A DNA stretch of 63,485 nucleotides, filler included, from Choristocarpus tenellus KU-1152 (lineage: Eukaryota; Protista; Phaeophyceae): assembly GCA_964200185.2 (NCBI GenBank). It is 10 parts of 10 records of this genome, joined end to end, with 100 filler letters (N's around TTAATTAATTAA, not from the genome) between each part and the next. Parts side by side here need not be neighbours in the genome. Positions count along the whole stretch, not along the records: positions 1 to 3,057 come from CAXNAD020022629.1; positions 3,158 to 7,052 come from CAXNAD020017296.1; positions 7,153 to 10,920 come from CAXNAD020018040.1; positions 11,021 to 13,828 come from CAXNAD020024575.1; 6 more parts are not named here. The stretch is one strand, 5' to 3'. Of the stretch, positions 1 to 13,363 are shown piece after piece. The notes beneath the pieces were generated by a model. That model did not search any database. It was not told the origin of the DNA and saw only the letters and a list, made by a program, of their open reading frames with translations. The stretch's first letter is position 1. Each line of letters starts with the position of its first letter. Both the position numbers and the translations under genes were made by a program.

Positions 1-293
1 AGTAGATGTATTTTTTTTTCATCCAGTTTTATACGTTGTGTTGTCCAGGCTGAGCAAGATATCAATGACTGTAATGCTTTCATATGATGGCCTGATATTC
101 ACCATATCATACACCAGTCTCTGAAAATGCCTATCTCAATGGAATTTCTCACTATGTTGGCATAGGAGAAGATGAGCATGACAATAAAGCGATAGATTCG
201 AATATTGATCTTCCTCACCAAGAGCTGTGCGTGACCACTGTGTGATTTTTCGCCACTGGTACTTACTAAATCCACCACATTCTTCGAGCGTAG

Positions 294-3057
294 ATTACGG
301 ATTTTCAGTGACGGACAAGGCTTGTATGGACCACCACACTCACACACACGAGATTGGACACAATTTGGGCTGTCACCACAACATTGAAAATGCGGATCCA
401 GGATTAGACTATGCATATGGGTACCGGTACTGTGACGGTACAGATGAGTAAGTCATCTGTATTTTGCAGTTGTCAGAGAAGGGATGGACAGATTTTCCAG
501 TATATTGTGTACTTCGAAGTCCTTGTTGATAGGTTATGAATTGAGCACTAGCATTAGAGAGAACAGCCTTGGCAATATTTCTGCACCTTCACACACACCT
601 TATTGCATGTCTTAAAATGATCACTAAGATATAATTACCCAAGTTTAGTACCGAGGGATTGTAGCGTTTTCATCGTGGGCATAGACATCTTCATGTCGGC
701 ATGGTGTTGAGAGGTTAAATATTTGGAGCGGAATTGGTTCATGAGGTGAAAATATAGCACGATAACCATGATGCATGATACTTAAGGTTTGAGAAGGTAG
801 CTCCATGCTGAGATGACGTACAATACAATGTGTAATTTGCTGTCTCAGATCAGATTATTTCTTTTTTTTTGTGTTCGACTATTGAAAAATACAATGTCTG
901 GCGTTTCACGGAACAAAATAACCACAAATCCACCTCTGAACCATCTCTGCCCCATTGTCAAGTATCCTGACGATCATGTCCTATCAAGTAAATTGTGGGT
1001 ACGCACGGGTGATAGACTACTTCTTCAATCCTGATGTCAGCTATGGAGGCAGAGTACTTGGTACAGCAACAGCAAACAATGCACGCAGGATCCGTGATGC
1101 AATGGTGAGATGCTTATTTTTTTGTGCCCAGTAAAAAATGAAAGCTGAAATGAGGTTAGCCTGTGAAGCAACTCTCATTGTTGATGCAAATATAACTGCT
1201 CTTTAGGTCACAATTGCCAACTTTCGGTCCTGTCCAATACTGGGGGAAACATGTGACCCGGCAAACTGCTGTGAAGGTGTCTGCAATGGGGGCGTATGTG
1301 AGCAGGGTAAGTTACATGGAGTCTTCAGTTGTGTAATAGTGAGAATATTATTAAATTTTGTTAAATTTCAACACTTTGTAAACAAAGTTTGTTTGCATTT
1401 GGTGTGAGTATCTATCTTCAAGTTGCATGTAACAACTGAGACTTCTTTATTTTCTGTGCCCTCGATATATTTTTTGTAGGTAAAGACATTTGTTTCCCAA
1501 TTGTGTCTAAACTACCTTTAATTTAGAAATTTTTCGATTGCCAATGTACTGCACCCATTCTCGCGTACGTATTGCTGTAGATGATATTGTAAAATTCATC
1601 TTGTATGTTAGCAAGTCATTTGTTGTAACGAAACCCCCTGATCGGTGTTCTACAGTAATGTTACCTCAGCATGAAATATCCGTAAGCGAACTGCTTAGAA
1701 TAATATGATATATTAATACTTCAAAGTACATGATTATCTACAGTCCCAGTACCATGTTCTCTCGAGAGTCCTTACTTCCAAAAGTGAAATTCACAATTAG
1801 CAAGAATTGAAACCACTAGGGATAATGAAGTGTATTGTTCATCTGCTTTCCTGAGAAAAGAGGGTGAAAGTATCTCGGGGGGGGGGGGATAAGCGTTTAT
1901 TTGAGGCCGGCTCAAAGTATCTGGAGGGGGTGGCGGCGGTTCATTTGGAGCCAATTTTTTCCATGTCGCATTTTTGGTTGGTTTGGTTGCATGTGTCGGA
2001 TGGATAATGAAAGTGCACTTTTCCTGGTTATGGCCTAAATGAACACCATAGTGTAGACCCCCCTTCCCCACCCCCCAAGATACTTCGGGTAAAAAATAAA
2101 ACGAGGACTTCGGATGGGACTGATTGGCAATGAAGAAGTGTAATTTAATCCGAGTGCAGATACTACTATCTTCACCTTTTATATGTTGTCTTGAAGAATA
2201 ATTTTAAAAAGAAGTGTCTACTTGACCCAAAGTGCCCTTGCTTCTTCAGTGGCAGATGCGTAGTTTATAAATGCTGGACTAACTCATGATTATTTCTGTC
2301 TGATTTACTTTACCGAGTGTTTGATGAAAGTGCATGATTTTTCAGATTCTATCTATCAACCTTGTCAGCAACATTCCTAGGTAGATGCCAGATATTGCAT
2401 CTCACAGGCCACCTTGGAATTTACCATATTGACCAACTAGGGATCTACATAATCCTTTTTTGAGGCCCCAAAATGTGAGGAAATGAAACGTAACTTGACA
2501 GAGACGGACGTCTTGCATGCACACTATTGATACTATACACTTGGTAAATGTAGCCATTTCGGAAGATTAGACTCATCTACGTGAGAGTGGATGAGATAAT
2601 AAAAATATCTAAACGTGGATAGTTTTCTCCCATCTACCGCAAATAATTACTTGAAGTTACTGCTGTTGGGAACGGGCCTAGAGAGTTTGCATTCCAACCG
2701 GACCGTCCCATTTTGATTTGTACTCTCGTCTTCTATTCAAGCCGATCATTTTATTATCTTTGGTGCGTAGTCGATCGACCTATGTTCTCTCTTCTCTTCT
2801 ATGCCTATGGTAGCGTAGATCTTACTGAACGTGATGTTCATACATAACATAATACGCTCTAGGCATCACCTGACGGTCCCCCATTGATAATGATTCTAAT
2901 CCACGCAGGAGCGACTGGCGATCCACACCTGACCGGATTTTCGGGTCAGCACTTCCAGTTCACTGGGGAGAATGGTGGTTGGTACAACTTGGTTACTGAC
3001 GGACCTGTAACGATCAACATGAGGGTGACTGCTCCAGTACCTGAGCTCCCCATCATC
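294..3057 (+). CDS. Partial multi-exon zinc metalloprotease (metzincin, M12B/reprolysin or peptidyl-Asp-like) with a 6-Cys knottin-like module and a GDPH (VWD-like) domain
   Basis: Exons 294-447, 963-1104, 1207-1306 and 2909-3057 have GT-AG borders and compatible phases (2,0,1). Joined: ...HTHEIGHNLGCHH (HExxHxxGxxH)...DILTIMSY (Met-turn)...YFFNPDVSYGGRVLGTATANNARRIRDAMVTIANFRS-CPILGETCDPANCCEGVCNGGVC-EQGATGDPHLTGFSGQHFQFTGENGGWYNLVTD. Both ends run off the contig. Confidence 0.9.
1909..2090 (+). mobile_element. MITE family A copy (about 185 bp) inside the metalloprotease intron
   Basis: GGCTCAAAGTATCTGG...AGATACTTCGGGT termini; the interior matches the copies at 18172, 18767, 28722 and 48532. 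A related terminus (GGGTGAAAGTATCTCGGGG) sits just upstream at 1862. Confidence 0.85.
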
Positions 3058-3157
3058 NNNNNNNNNNNNNNNNNNNNNNNNNNNNNNNNNNNNNNNNNNN
3101 NTTAATTAATTAANNNNNNNNNNNNNNNNNNNNNNNNNNNNNNNNNNNNNNNNNNNN
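3058..3157. other. Artificial contig spacer N44-TTAATTAATTAA-N44 (also at 7053-7152, 10921-11020, 13829-13928, 16764-16863, 29210-29309, 36910-37009, 48724-48823, 58386-58485)
   Basis: The identical 100-bp linker occurs nine times and carries stop codons in all six frames, the usual design of a contig-concatenation linker. Confidence 0.97.
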
Positions 3158-3209
3158 ACGGGGAAAAAAACTGGAAATTTCTAGGAAATTTCTAGGTCAA
3201 ATATGAAGC

Positions 3210-3241
3210 ACCCCTCCCCCCCCCCCCAGATACTTTGAGCC
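3210..3241. mobile_element. MITE family A terminus fragment
   Basis: Poly-C followed by AGATACTTTGAGCC. Confidence 0.7.
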
Positions 3242-4846
3242 AGTTCTTACTTGCTCTTCAAAGAGCCTCACCCTCATGTCGAATTAAGACCCCCATCGTC
3301 ATGTTCTGCACTACTAATGGAATGGTTGGTCCTAATGCTTAGCCCCTTCCCAAGCAACATCATTTAACCAATGCTTACCGAAGAAAAGGTGGGGCAAATA
3401 AGTGACCAATTAGGTATCTGTTCCCAAGTGCGAATGGTTTCGACGAACCACGTTCGATAGTCTTATTGTACGGACAACCTTTCGATGCACATTGAAAGCC
3501 CTATCACGCTAAAATACAGATATGAAGCATTATTTTCAGTTGACATCCCACAACATAAATCGATGGAGGTGTGCTCCTTCACAGCAAGGAACTTGATTTA
3601 TTACAGAATGCTGATTGTTGCGATGGTGACTTTCCTGCCAAGGTATACCTTCATAGGGTCCTACCTCAAGAAGGTATACCTCAGAGTCTGTTTCCTCATA
3701 TGACATCACCATTGCTCCCTGATGACGTAAATATCTGGTTGTTGAGTGGAGCTTACAACCCTCCCTCAATTCACTTTTCTTCTTCCCTCCTTCCTTGATT
3801 GACCTTATGAGGGTTGCCCCCCCTTCGGTCTGAAGAATCTGTCTGTCGTTTCCAAATGTCTTACACTGTTCCACACCTCAATGCAATTTCAACCCTTCAT
3901 AAAAATGTAGCCTAATAGTGAAGCACACGTGTACATAATGTGTATAGATCACTACAACTATTGATATGACTACACTTTTTTTCTTCTCAGTCAAGTGCAC
4001 TCCACGTACAATGTAGTGCTGGTTGTTAAACATTTCATTCACACATCATACAACTCGTGACTATCCAATACGTCCTCCTTATGTTGCACCTTTTCTTCCT
4101 CTTTCGATTTATAGGAGATATGCTATCAAACATGCAATTTTCATCAAACGTCTATTCTCATCCTCTCTTAATCAATTTCCTTACTTAGGGTTACAAAAAT
4201 CGAAGAAATGGTATTCTATCCGACCAGTATCTTCCATGGTTTTAGTGCATAGATACATAATATGCTATTCTCATTTTAAGAGGAAGTTCTCGACGATGGG
4301 GACAATCACTGCAATTGCAAAGAACAAGGACACTATTTCGAAGTAGCAAAATAACCCACCACGTGCGTGTGCACACCATCTCATGGAAAGAACCGATTTT
4401 CCTTCATCCTTCAATCACATCGATCCAAACGTTAATACGGCTCAATGTGGTGTTTTCGTCCGTGTCATTTCCACAACACTCCACCACCCCAGCAATGACT
4501 ATATCTCTGAATCGTAAAAAAAAATACCCCCAAAAACAGAGGGTGAGGAAGGTGCGAAATTATCATCGACAATACATCACTAAACCAAACATACCATTTT
4601 CTGAGACCTCACTAACATATACACCAGCCTAATGTTGGTATCCTATAGTATGAAGACCCCTACTCTCGTTTGTTCTACTGTACACACCAAGTTCCACTTA
4701 CAGTCCTAATCTTATTTGTCATATTGCACAAGGGGCAACAAAATACGAAGATTCATAAACACCTTACGTGAAAAATGCTTGACCTGTTGAAACAGCTAAC
4801 CCTCCCCTTCCAACTTGTACAATAACTTAAGGAACAAGGATATGGG

Positions 4847-4947
4847 CATCTCCTAACAAAAATGATAGCCAAGGTTACATCAAGATTGCAACATTGGATT
4901 TTGGCCCCCAAATGGACGCGGCTCTACCCTCTAAGGTGCTTTGACCC
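4847..4947 (-). mobile_element. MITE family B partial copy
   Basis: Reverse complement of the first ~100 bp of family B (...CAAATGGACGCGGCTCTACCCTCTAAGGTGCTTTGACCC). Confidence 0.8.
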
Positions 4948-5120
4948 AGGAATCTGGGAGATTGAACTTCCTCTCTGGGTGATCGCAGGGCTTACGCCTA
5001 AACACAGAAACACACCTCGATATCGTACATCTGTCCTAGTATGAAGCAAATCCAGGTACAACAAACTCTCTCTTACAATCCTTTCCTATGGTAAATATTA
5101 CAGGCGCCCCCGAAAGCTTA

Positions 5121-5989
5121 CCTCCACAGGATGTATAGCTCCGCCATCAAGACATATCACCTATAACATAAATGGTCCCACCGTCAAGACTTTGAAATGG
5201 TCCCTTCCAACTTGTTGAAACCCTACACTTCAACTTTTATGCTGCCGTTCTTTGCCTGCCTCTACCCCCAAGTCAGTAGACGGAGGGTTAAACACTCAAA
5301 CCCAACTCCCTATGTTCCACTTCAGACCAGTCATTCCACATTCCATAACTCTGAATTCCTCTCCTTCTAACAAAGCAAACAGATCATAGTGTCTACTAAG
5401 CAAATCGTCAATGAGGATGTTGAAATTTATGAATCCCATGTCTCTGGTAATGGCCTGAATATCAAAGGCTTCAGGGAGCAACGCCTACACCACCATTGAG
5501 CACTCTAATCTATCCTCTCCATATACCAGAAACGGTAGCATAGTCTATGTCTCCTCAACTCTGAAATACATCAAACACCTATGATATCACTTTATCACCC
5601 AAAGTCGCAGCAGAAAAGGACAAAATAAACAGGAATAGACTCATCACACAACAGATGCTCAACACCCTTCTTTCCTCCTCTAGAATTTCCTCTGCTATCT
5701 CTGAACTCATTCTAATCCCTTCCTTAATTAAGATCTTTATTGTCCTATTCAGAGGATCCATCATCTGCATTCGTGCCTGTCCTCTTTAAGGTGTGCTATT
5801 TTCGGTGGATGGATTTGGATTGCCCGCCTTGGCTTGCCCAAAAGCTTTCGTTGAGATCTCTATCTCGTCTCTGCCCGGCTCTATGTGATCATCCTCTAAA
5901 TCTCCCCCATCTCCTGTGTTCATAACATAGTAGCCCGGGGTTCTATGCCCTCCAGCACACCAACAAACTCGTCTAAATTCTACATACAT
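5121..5989 (-). pseudogene. Decayed, probably spliced ORF of unknown function
   Basis: ORFs 5786-5989 and 5579-5770 are in frame across a single TAA. A second long frame (about 5121-5560, including ORF 5296-5481) is broken by scattered TAG/TGA and ends at an AG|GTAAG donor-like site. No recognisable motif. Confidence 0.35.
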
Positions 5990-7835
5990 AAAAATTATGT
6001 AACATGGTGGGCTCGCAACCCCTTAATTAAAAACAATATCATACTTCACATTCCCATCTTCGCCCATCCCTACCTAGAATATCATTCATAACATGCAAGG
6101 CAAAAACTCAACAATACAGATCCATCGATGTCGTTTGGTGTCACTATAGCCCTTGCGTCTAAATTACACACACAGAAACTTCCCCTATAATCGTGCATCT
6201 GGACAAGAACAGGGTTACCCTTGTAGGAGGTCCAAAATTACTTGGTGTTGCAAACTGACAAAATTTCGGCTACATTTTAATCAGCTAGAATAATATTTGG
6301 ATTGATCAAATTATCAATAGAATTAATACCGGCGCACGAGGAGATGCGCACGAAACGCGTGCGTGTCACCACATGAGACATTACACAATTTAAAATTCTC
6401 GAACCTCCACAATAGACCCAAACCCATTATCAGTAGTATTGAAATGTGTTGCGAGTTGTGGGTAACGAATTTACGTCTGTCTAAATCAGTAGAGAAAAAT
6501 GCCGATTAATCAAATTGAACTGTGTAGGCACACAAGCCTACACCAGTGGTACGTGGCGCTTGGAGTCATTAGGTCCAAAGTATCCTCCACACCTCTCATG
6601 AAGGCAGACCCAAAGTCATGACCAGTGGAATGTCTAAGGAGTTGTGGGTAGTTACACCTTGTGACAAAAAGCCCACCAACCTCAAGTTTTCCTTATGTTC
6701 TGATCCATCCCTTCCTATCTAATGCTTTCACCTACCACTCATTTCATTTATCTTCTCTCCTACTGTTGAAACCTGAATCAAATGCATCGTATATGTAAGT
6801 AAAATGTGTAGACTACGAGCGATGAGGAATCATAGTGTTGCAAAGCACCGATGAGTGATATGTGTAGTCTATGTTATGGATAGATTTGATTGTGCTGCAA
6901 AGCACCAATGTATATATTCTGTTGTAACTGAGGTCAATGATCTCTCAGTCAAGAATGATGCGATGTGAATTCAGTATTCTTGGTTTTGCTCAACCCAGAA
7001 TGATGTGATGTGAATTCAGTGTTCTTTCATGAGATACTCAACGAAAGAAGTCNNNNNNNNNNNNNNNNNNNNNNNNNNNNNNNNNNNNNNNNNNNNTTAA
7101 TTAATTAANNNNNNNNNNNNNNNNNNNNNNNNNNNNNNNNNNNNNNNNNNNNAGACAGTTTTCGCAAAACAACGTTCCTCATAGTCCCGCTCCTCCCTCA
7201 ATTTTGCGAATCCCCTGTTAGAGGGTGAGGTCACATGCAAATGCATGGGTGGTACTCTAAACCAAGGCAAAGCGATTCCTGGGCGTACGAATTACTCCAG
7301 AGAAATTCACCTTGCTCCAGCAGATTCAAACACAGACAGAACAAGCTTCTCCACCGGCAATATGCTCTAGATTGCTGACTTCACTAACTGGTGACACAGG
7401 ACAAGAACATCGTGAGCAACGATTTCTTCCGACACTGCGTAAAATACTGGTTGTTGCGATCTGGTTGTGCACCATTGCTGCTCATCTCACCAAATGCTCC
7501 ATCCACATCACCATTGCTCCTCTTTTCCACCTCCATTACCACTACAAATATTGTTATACTGGAGTAGATAATACTACTACTACTGCTGTGCAATTATGCC
7601 AAGCAAACCTATGGTGTGCCATACAGCAGGCAAAAGAAAGTTGCCCTCTCGGCCTTTCAACCATAGTACTACATACTCTACCAAAAAACTGTACACAATA
7701 CTAATACAATAAAGAATAGGAAGGACGAATAGTAATAATGTTACAGGAAAAATTCCTGTGTGCTCCTTTATACGTACATGTTTAATATGTCAAGTTTTCA
7801 ACTCCTCAGCTCCTGCAAACAATGGTGAGGTTTAC

Positions 7836-9035
7836 TCAGACATTTAGTCCGTGCTGGAGAGCAGCACAGACAGAGCAGGAAGACAGGGCATCAAAGAAGG
7901 AGCATTGCCTTAAGGATGGCAGTGACTCAACAGCCGATTTGGCCAACAGATGGACTAATAACGGCAAACCCCCAACCTGCTCCATTTTCACCACACACAC
8001 AACATATGTATGTAATTAAAGCAGCCATTTCTTGCGGCAGGCGTACTACTTTAAAGCAGATACTATAGTGACATCATATGTTGTGCTCCCTTTGCAAATT
8101 CACCCTAATACTGTCATCATGCCTTGTAAAACATGGCAGTGCAAAGGAAGATCTACCGGTGTACTCTTACATAAACAAATAAACCACAGCAAGTTGCCTG
8201 CTACCACAACCTCCACCCTAACCCAACGAAATATTAATCCCCTACCTTCTAGTGTTGTCCCAAGTGCCAATTTATCTCCGCACCCCATCACAATCAATCC
8301 TAAAACTAAGAGACCAGTTGAAGGCACACAAAGGGAGTCTGTATTATGTCTCCCCCTACGGAAGCCACTGACACCGATCAAAGCACAAGCAACAAGTGCC
8401 TCACACAAACTCTGGGTGCAATATCTCCACACCAGCAACAGCTATCCCTCCCCATCCCAAGACAGCATAGTGGTCCTGTAATTCCGGAGTTCAAGAGGCA
8501 CTATTCAAGTCCTAATTTCACATCGGTTAAAACAAAGGGCGCGCTGCTCACCATAAAGCACAAAAGAGACCTTTCAACCCCAAAAGCCTTGAAGGGGACG
8601 AAAAGAGAGCAAAAGAGACATCTCACTCAAGTATCTCCCTCACGTGCACCACCCTGTCTACCCTTTGTCCTGGAACTAACTGCAAGAAGTATGCTGTTGC
8701 CACACCCAATCATCGACATGTGTACATCTAGCTTGAGGCCACCGCTTACCAAAGCAAGGGGGCCCTACATATGGGGCAAGCAGCATGTGACTTCACTCAA
8801 GTCAAGGTGTTGCTAAGAAGAAACCGTCTTGAGAGGAGCCATACCATTACCCAAGGCCAAAGTCTTGGACGACGCCTTCCCTTGTTTCCCTCCACCACCT
8901 CCTCCACCACCTGGTCCCCACTTGCCACGACAATCCTTACCCTCCTTAGCTGGGCTGCCAGTAGGGGAATTTGTAACAGATTGTTGGCTGCCGCCTTTAC
9001 TTGGGGGTAGGGGACCTGTAATGTCACAGAGGGAC
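7836..9035 (-). CDS. Possible host-gene exons (Gly-rich low-complexity exon 9035-8813; ARM-like exon 7976-7836)
   Basis: Each follows a CAG acceptor. Peptides are SLCDITGPLPPSKGG...GGGGGGGKQGK and VGGLPLLVHLLAKSAVESL...HGLNV*. How they join is unresolved. Confidence 0.3.
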
Positions 9036-9984
9036 CTGTAGCCCCCAACAGCGTAAAACATGCAGAAAAAAGCACAATGGAAATAGGACATTGGAAAAAC
9101 AGCACATGGGACAAAAAAAAAAAGAGAGAAAAAATATATTTGCAGCAGCTAGGGTAGTCAATAACGCAACCTTTTTTAGATATATTCTCATCTCAACAGA
9201 ACAAAAAACGTCCCCCCCACAAAACACTAAGGAGCATTTAATTGCATACCCCGTGAAACAGAACACATTTCTACAGGAGTCAGGGAGTCACTAAAAGAAT
9301 AGGTCCAGCAACGTGTCAATTTATGATCTGTAACCCTTGAAAGTTGACTTCAGAAAGCTACAAAGGACATCCCGCCCTTCGGAGTAACTGGAAGGGGTGT
9401 AGGAAACATGTGTGGGGGGAGAGTAGAACAGACTTTGAGAAAAAAAAAATGGAGAAATGCACAGTGTTGCCTCCCCTTTGCATACAGCGGTTGCTTCAAT
9501 ACCTAGAACCATATATATATATATATATATACATACATACATACATACATGTATTTATATCTGAAGGCTCTTAACTAACACTCAACAACAACAAAAGCAT
9601 CGAATTTCCAACGTGTGTCCCCTTTCCTTTCAATATATTTCTTAACAGCCACACTAATGTAGCACCTCCACAGAAAGATCCGCTAAAATACGTCAAAATA
9701 CATCAAATTACATTGAAATGTAAAGAAAAACAAAATGAACAACTGAGTCGCTTCTGCTACCCCCCTTATTCTTGGCCGTGGGAGAACAGTAAAGATGCCT
9801 GCAAGGTGTCCACTTGCCCAGCACTGTTTTTATCTGCTTGCCGAGCAGACAAAGGACATGCCCACGGGAATTGCTTGCTAGTAATGCCTCCATGGGTGTA
9901 TGCAAACCCATATAAACTAAATGCTGCGACATCCACAAGAGAGTACAAACCCTCGAGGGAGTCACAAGTCACGGGTATCAAGGA

Positions 9985-10260
9985 TACACAATACAAAAAA
10001 CACATACACAATGCAAGACACAAGCAATACATAACACATATACAATACATAACACAAACAAAAACACACAACACACAACACATAGACAATGCGTAACACA
10101 CGCAATACGTAACACACAACAATGCACAACACATACATAAGGTGTAACACACACAATACATAACACACAGCAACAACACACAACACATACACAAGGTATA
10201 ACACACACAATACATAACACACAACACGTAACACATACAACATACAACACACAACACCTC
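9985..10260. repeat. CA/ACA-rich low-complexity degenerate minisatellite
   Basis: Repeated ACACACAATACATAACACA units; source of the spurious Cys/Val ORFs. Confidence 0.85.
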
Positions 10261-11020
10261 TCAATAAACACGCCCTTAAGCCTTTCAGTTCATACTACAT
10301 TGTACTATTTCCAATATTGTCATCCCGGCATCCCAACATTGAAATAGCAGTGTGTACAAGCAACACTGGCACACAAGGAAAAAGACTTGCAAGCAGGTAG
10401 TCAAGGGTCTCACAATCCAGCACCTTCCATCTTTGTGTCACAATGAGTGTTATCCCACGCATAAGAGTACACCTTCCATAAGACCAAAAAGCTACCCAAA
10501 GTAATCAGTGGAGGTATACACAATGACAGTACATTCACATAATTCAAAAATCAAACTGCTAAGAACCCACCGACCAATCTTTCCTCCAAGTCTCCAGTCA
10601 ATCTAAAGTGTGAGTCCAGAACAAATTTATCATTATTATGATTTTAATAACTACTAGCTCAATTTTTTTTTTTTACATTTACTACAACCACAAAATGGGC
10701 CACTGTCAACCCCACAACAAAGATGGCACAACACAACCCTGAAAGATTACGATTTTTTTTCAAATTTGGGCATATTATCAAGAACATATAAATCGCTAGT
10801 ATACAGGATCGCCATTTTAATTATTCCAATGATCACCACACACCTCCTGACCACCTCCCCCACCCCCACCCCCCCCCCCCCCCCCCCCCAAAACCCCCCC
10901 CAACACACAAAAAAAAAAAANNNNNNNNNNNNNNNNNNNNNNNNNNNNNNNNNNNNNNNNNNNNTTAATTAATTAANNNNNNNNNNNNNNNNNNNNNNNN
11001 NNNNNNNNNNNNNNNNNNNN

Positions 11021-11057
11021 GTGTAGACCCCCCCCCCCTCCTCCAGATACTTGGGTC
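11021..11057 (+). mobile_element. MITE family A right end at contig start
   Basis: GTGTAGACCCC...CCAGATACTTGGGTC. Confidence 0.8.
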
Positions 11058-11818
11058 TGTCCAGAGGTTTTCCTCAAGCAAAGGATTTTTCAACATTCCT
11101 ATCATCTTGCTCAATTGACGGCTCTTTTTGTAGTGCCTAGTCACTCCCCTTAGCCTACCCCCTTGCGTCAGTCACTCCTCTCTCCATCTTCGAATGACCT
11201 GCAATCACGAATGAGAGGTTCTCAAAGACGCCAACTGTACTGCACCACTATCCAGCCCACTCTACCGTATCTCATCATCATGTTGTTTATTTTATTTTTT
11301 TGGTGCTCGATGTTGTTATAGATATATCAATGGTCGCGCACCCTGAAGTATTCATGATCCCCCCAATTTCAGTTGCTCCAACCATCACCATCTTATCAGA
11401 TGGCATGGCATCTTGTGCAGTGGCATGTGAGCTACTGGATCACCAGATGCCAGGCAGTAGTGAGGAGACAGTCCAAGGATTGATTCCATGGCAATCTAAT
11501 CTAGCCTAGGTCGTGTCTTGTGCTGTTATGTTGTCAACGACAAGCAGTACTGCAAGAGGACGGTCTCTACTAACTGTGTTCATCCGCTTTACCATTCAGT
11601 TACTTTCAACACAAACAAGACTGTGGAATATATTTTTCACCCGAACGTCTTAAAATATTTTTGTCCAACGTCATATGAAGCCTAAACATGTGAACTCTGC
11701 AAAAAAGAAACAGGCGCATGGAATGCAAAGTATATACTTTAAAAAAAAACAAAAAACACACACACACACACATCTGTCAGATCTACACAACAAATCTTCC
11801 ACCTTCAATTATGCCGCC

Positions 11819-12501
11819 TCAAGAAAATACTTCACTCTCCCTATCATTTACCTCGACATCTCCGTCTTCACTGAGAAGACCCTTTTCTGCTCTCATCTCG
11901 TCCTCTCGGTCCTTCCGGAGGAGATACTGGGAAACAAGGAGACAGACAGTTATGCCAAGGAAAACTGACCTGGATCGGGGGGGAGCGAGTGGGTAGAGCA
12001 GGTGGAGGTGCACGCAGGGGTTTGTATGCTCAAGTGCTTGAGTACAGAGGCTATTGGGGAGAGACAGTTATATAGACAAGGGTGAGCAGGAGGAGGGACT
12101 TGCAACATTTTTGCGCACATGATGTGCGTCATACACTCTACTCCTTTGGGCCTCTTATCTCCAGCCTAGTATGGACCACCTCTCTCTCTCTCTCTCTCTC
12201 TCTTGCCAACAGGCAGGTTATGGGTAGGTGTCACTGATAGCACGAAGGTGAGACAAATGAAAGGGCAACCCCCCCCCCTCCCTCCCCCCCCTCCTCTTCA
12301 TCATACAGGCACATACCACACGTCAGTGAGAGTTTGAACAGTGGCGATGGAGATGAGGAAGAGGCGTATATTGCGGCGGTCTGCGTATTCCCGCTCCTCA
12401 CTGAAGGACCAGCCCAGCCCGACCCACAACCAAACGCCCAAAATCAGGTCTAGAACTTTGAGCCAGCAGCAGACCATGATGTAATCCCACTCTAAGATGA
12501 C
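11819..12501 (-). CDS. Last two exons of a multi-pass membrane protein of unknown family
   Basis: Exons 12501-12317 and 11969-11819 with GT-AG borders; a phase-2 join forms TGG. Peptide: VILEWDYIMVCCWLKVLDLILGVWLWVGLGWSF...IRLFLISIATVQTLTDVWSVFLGITVCLLVSQYLLRKDREDE...EVFS*. Confidence 0.7.
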
Positions 12502-13363
12502 CTGCAAGACGAGAGCATTGATCGTCCGCTAGGGATCTCAATTTTTTTTTTGTTTTTTTGTCTCATTGTTCAAAGGCTGGAAAAGTGTTGCGCAAGATCA
12601 TGCATAGAGGATGGGGTGAGAGATCACTGGGTTGCGTGTTGAGGGGAGGATTAAGAGGGGAATGACGGGGATATGGATGGGATATTTAATCTTAATGTTT
12701 GTCACATTTTTATACTGCGAGACCAAGGATCGTAAGAGTCGGTCCAGCCTTTGGGCAGTCCGGATCAATTCGCGCGTTTGCAACGAATTATTGGTAGAGA
12801 GTGCATTTAGATTACGTGTAACCTCGTGTTATGTCAAAATTTATGGGGCTAATGATGATTCCTGCTCAAACAACAAGGAACCATCAATATTGTAATATGG
12901 CAATCACCACTCCGAAGGGTTTTTTGTTACTATTATTATTGTTTGTATTTTTATTATTTGAAGTAAATATTGTGGTTAGCAGAATTGTTATTGAACTGCA
13001 ATATTATATATTCCAAAATGCATCGCCTGGAGAGCTGACTACTGGGGTGCTTGGGATTAATCATTTCTTGCAAGATGAGCGTTACTACTACACTGCACTA
13101 TGGAACTCAGTCAGTGTTAAGGTTAGGATTAGTATCCCCCTGCTATGTAGGTGACATAGTCCAGGCAGGAAGATGCCGTCAAAGTGGCTCACAGTCAGGA
13201 GTAGGAGCAGTAGAACGTGGTCATGGCTGGCGTCTATCGCATGCGGTGTGGTTGGTGTTTGTATATGGTGAGAAGAACGCAGATAAGTGCACGATGATAT
13301 TTCGAAGTGAGTAAAAAAGATGCATAAGAAAACATCACCATCAAGCAACGTCAATAACTTTGC

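Noticed and set aside
3102-3113. Recurrent TTAATTAATTAA palindrome as a biological repeat or CRISPR-like unit
   Set aside because: Always centred in identical N44 flanks; it is an assembly linker with six-frame stops.
9766-10271. Cys/Val-rich ORFs resembling metallothionein or membrane proteins
   Set aside because: Translations of CA-rich low-complexity DNA that are open in several frames.
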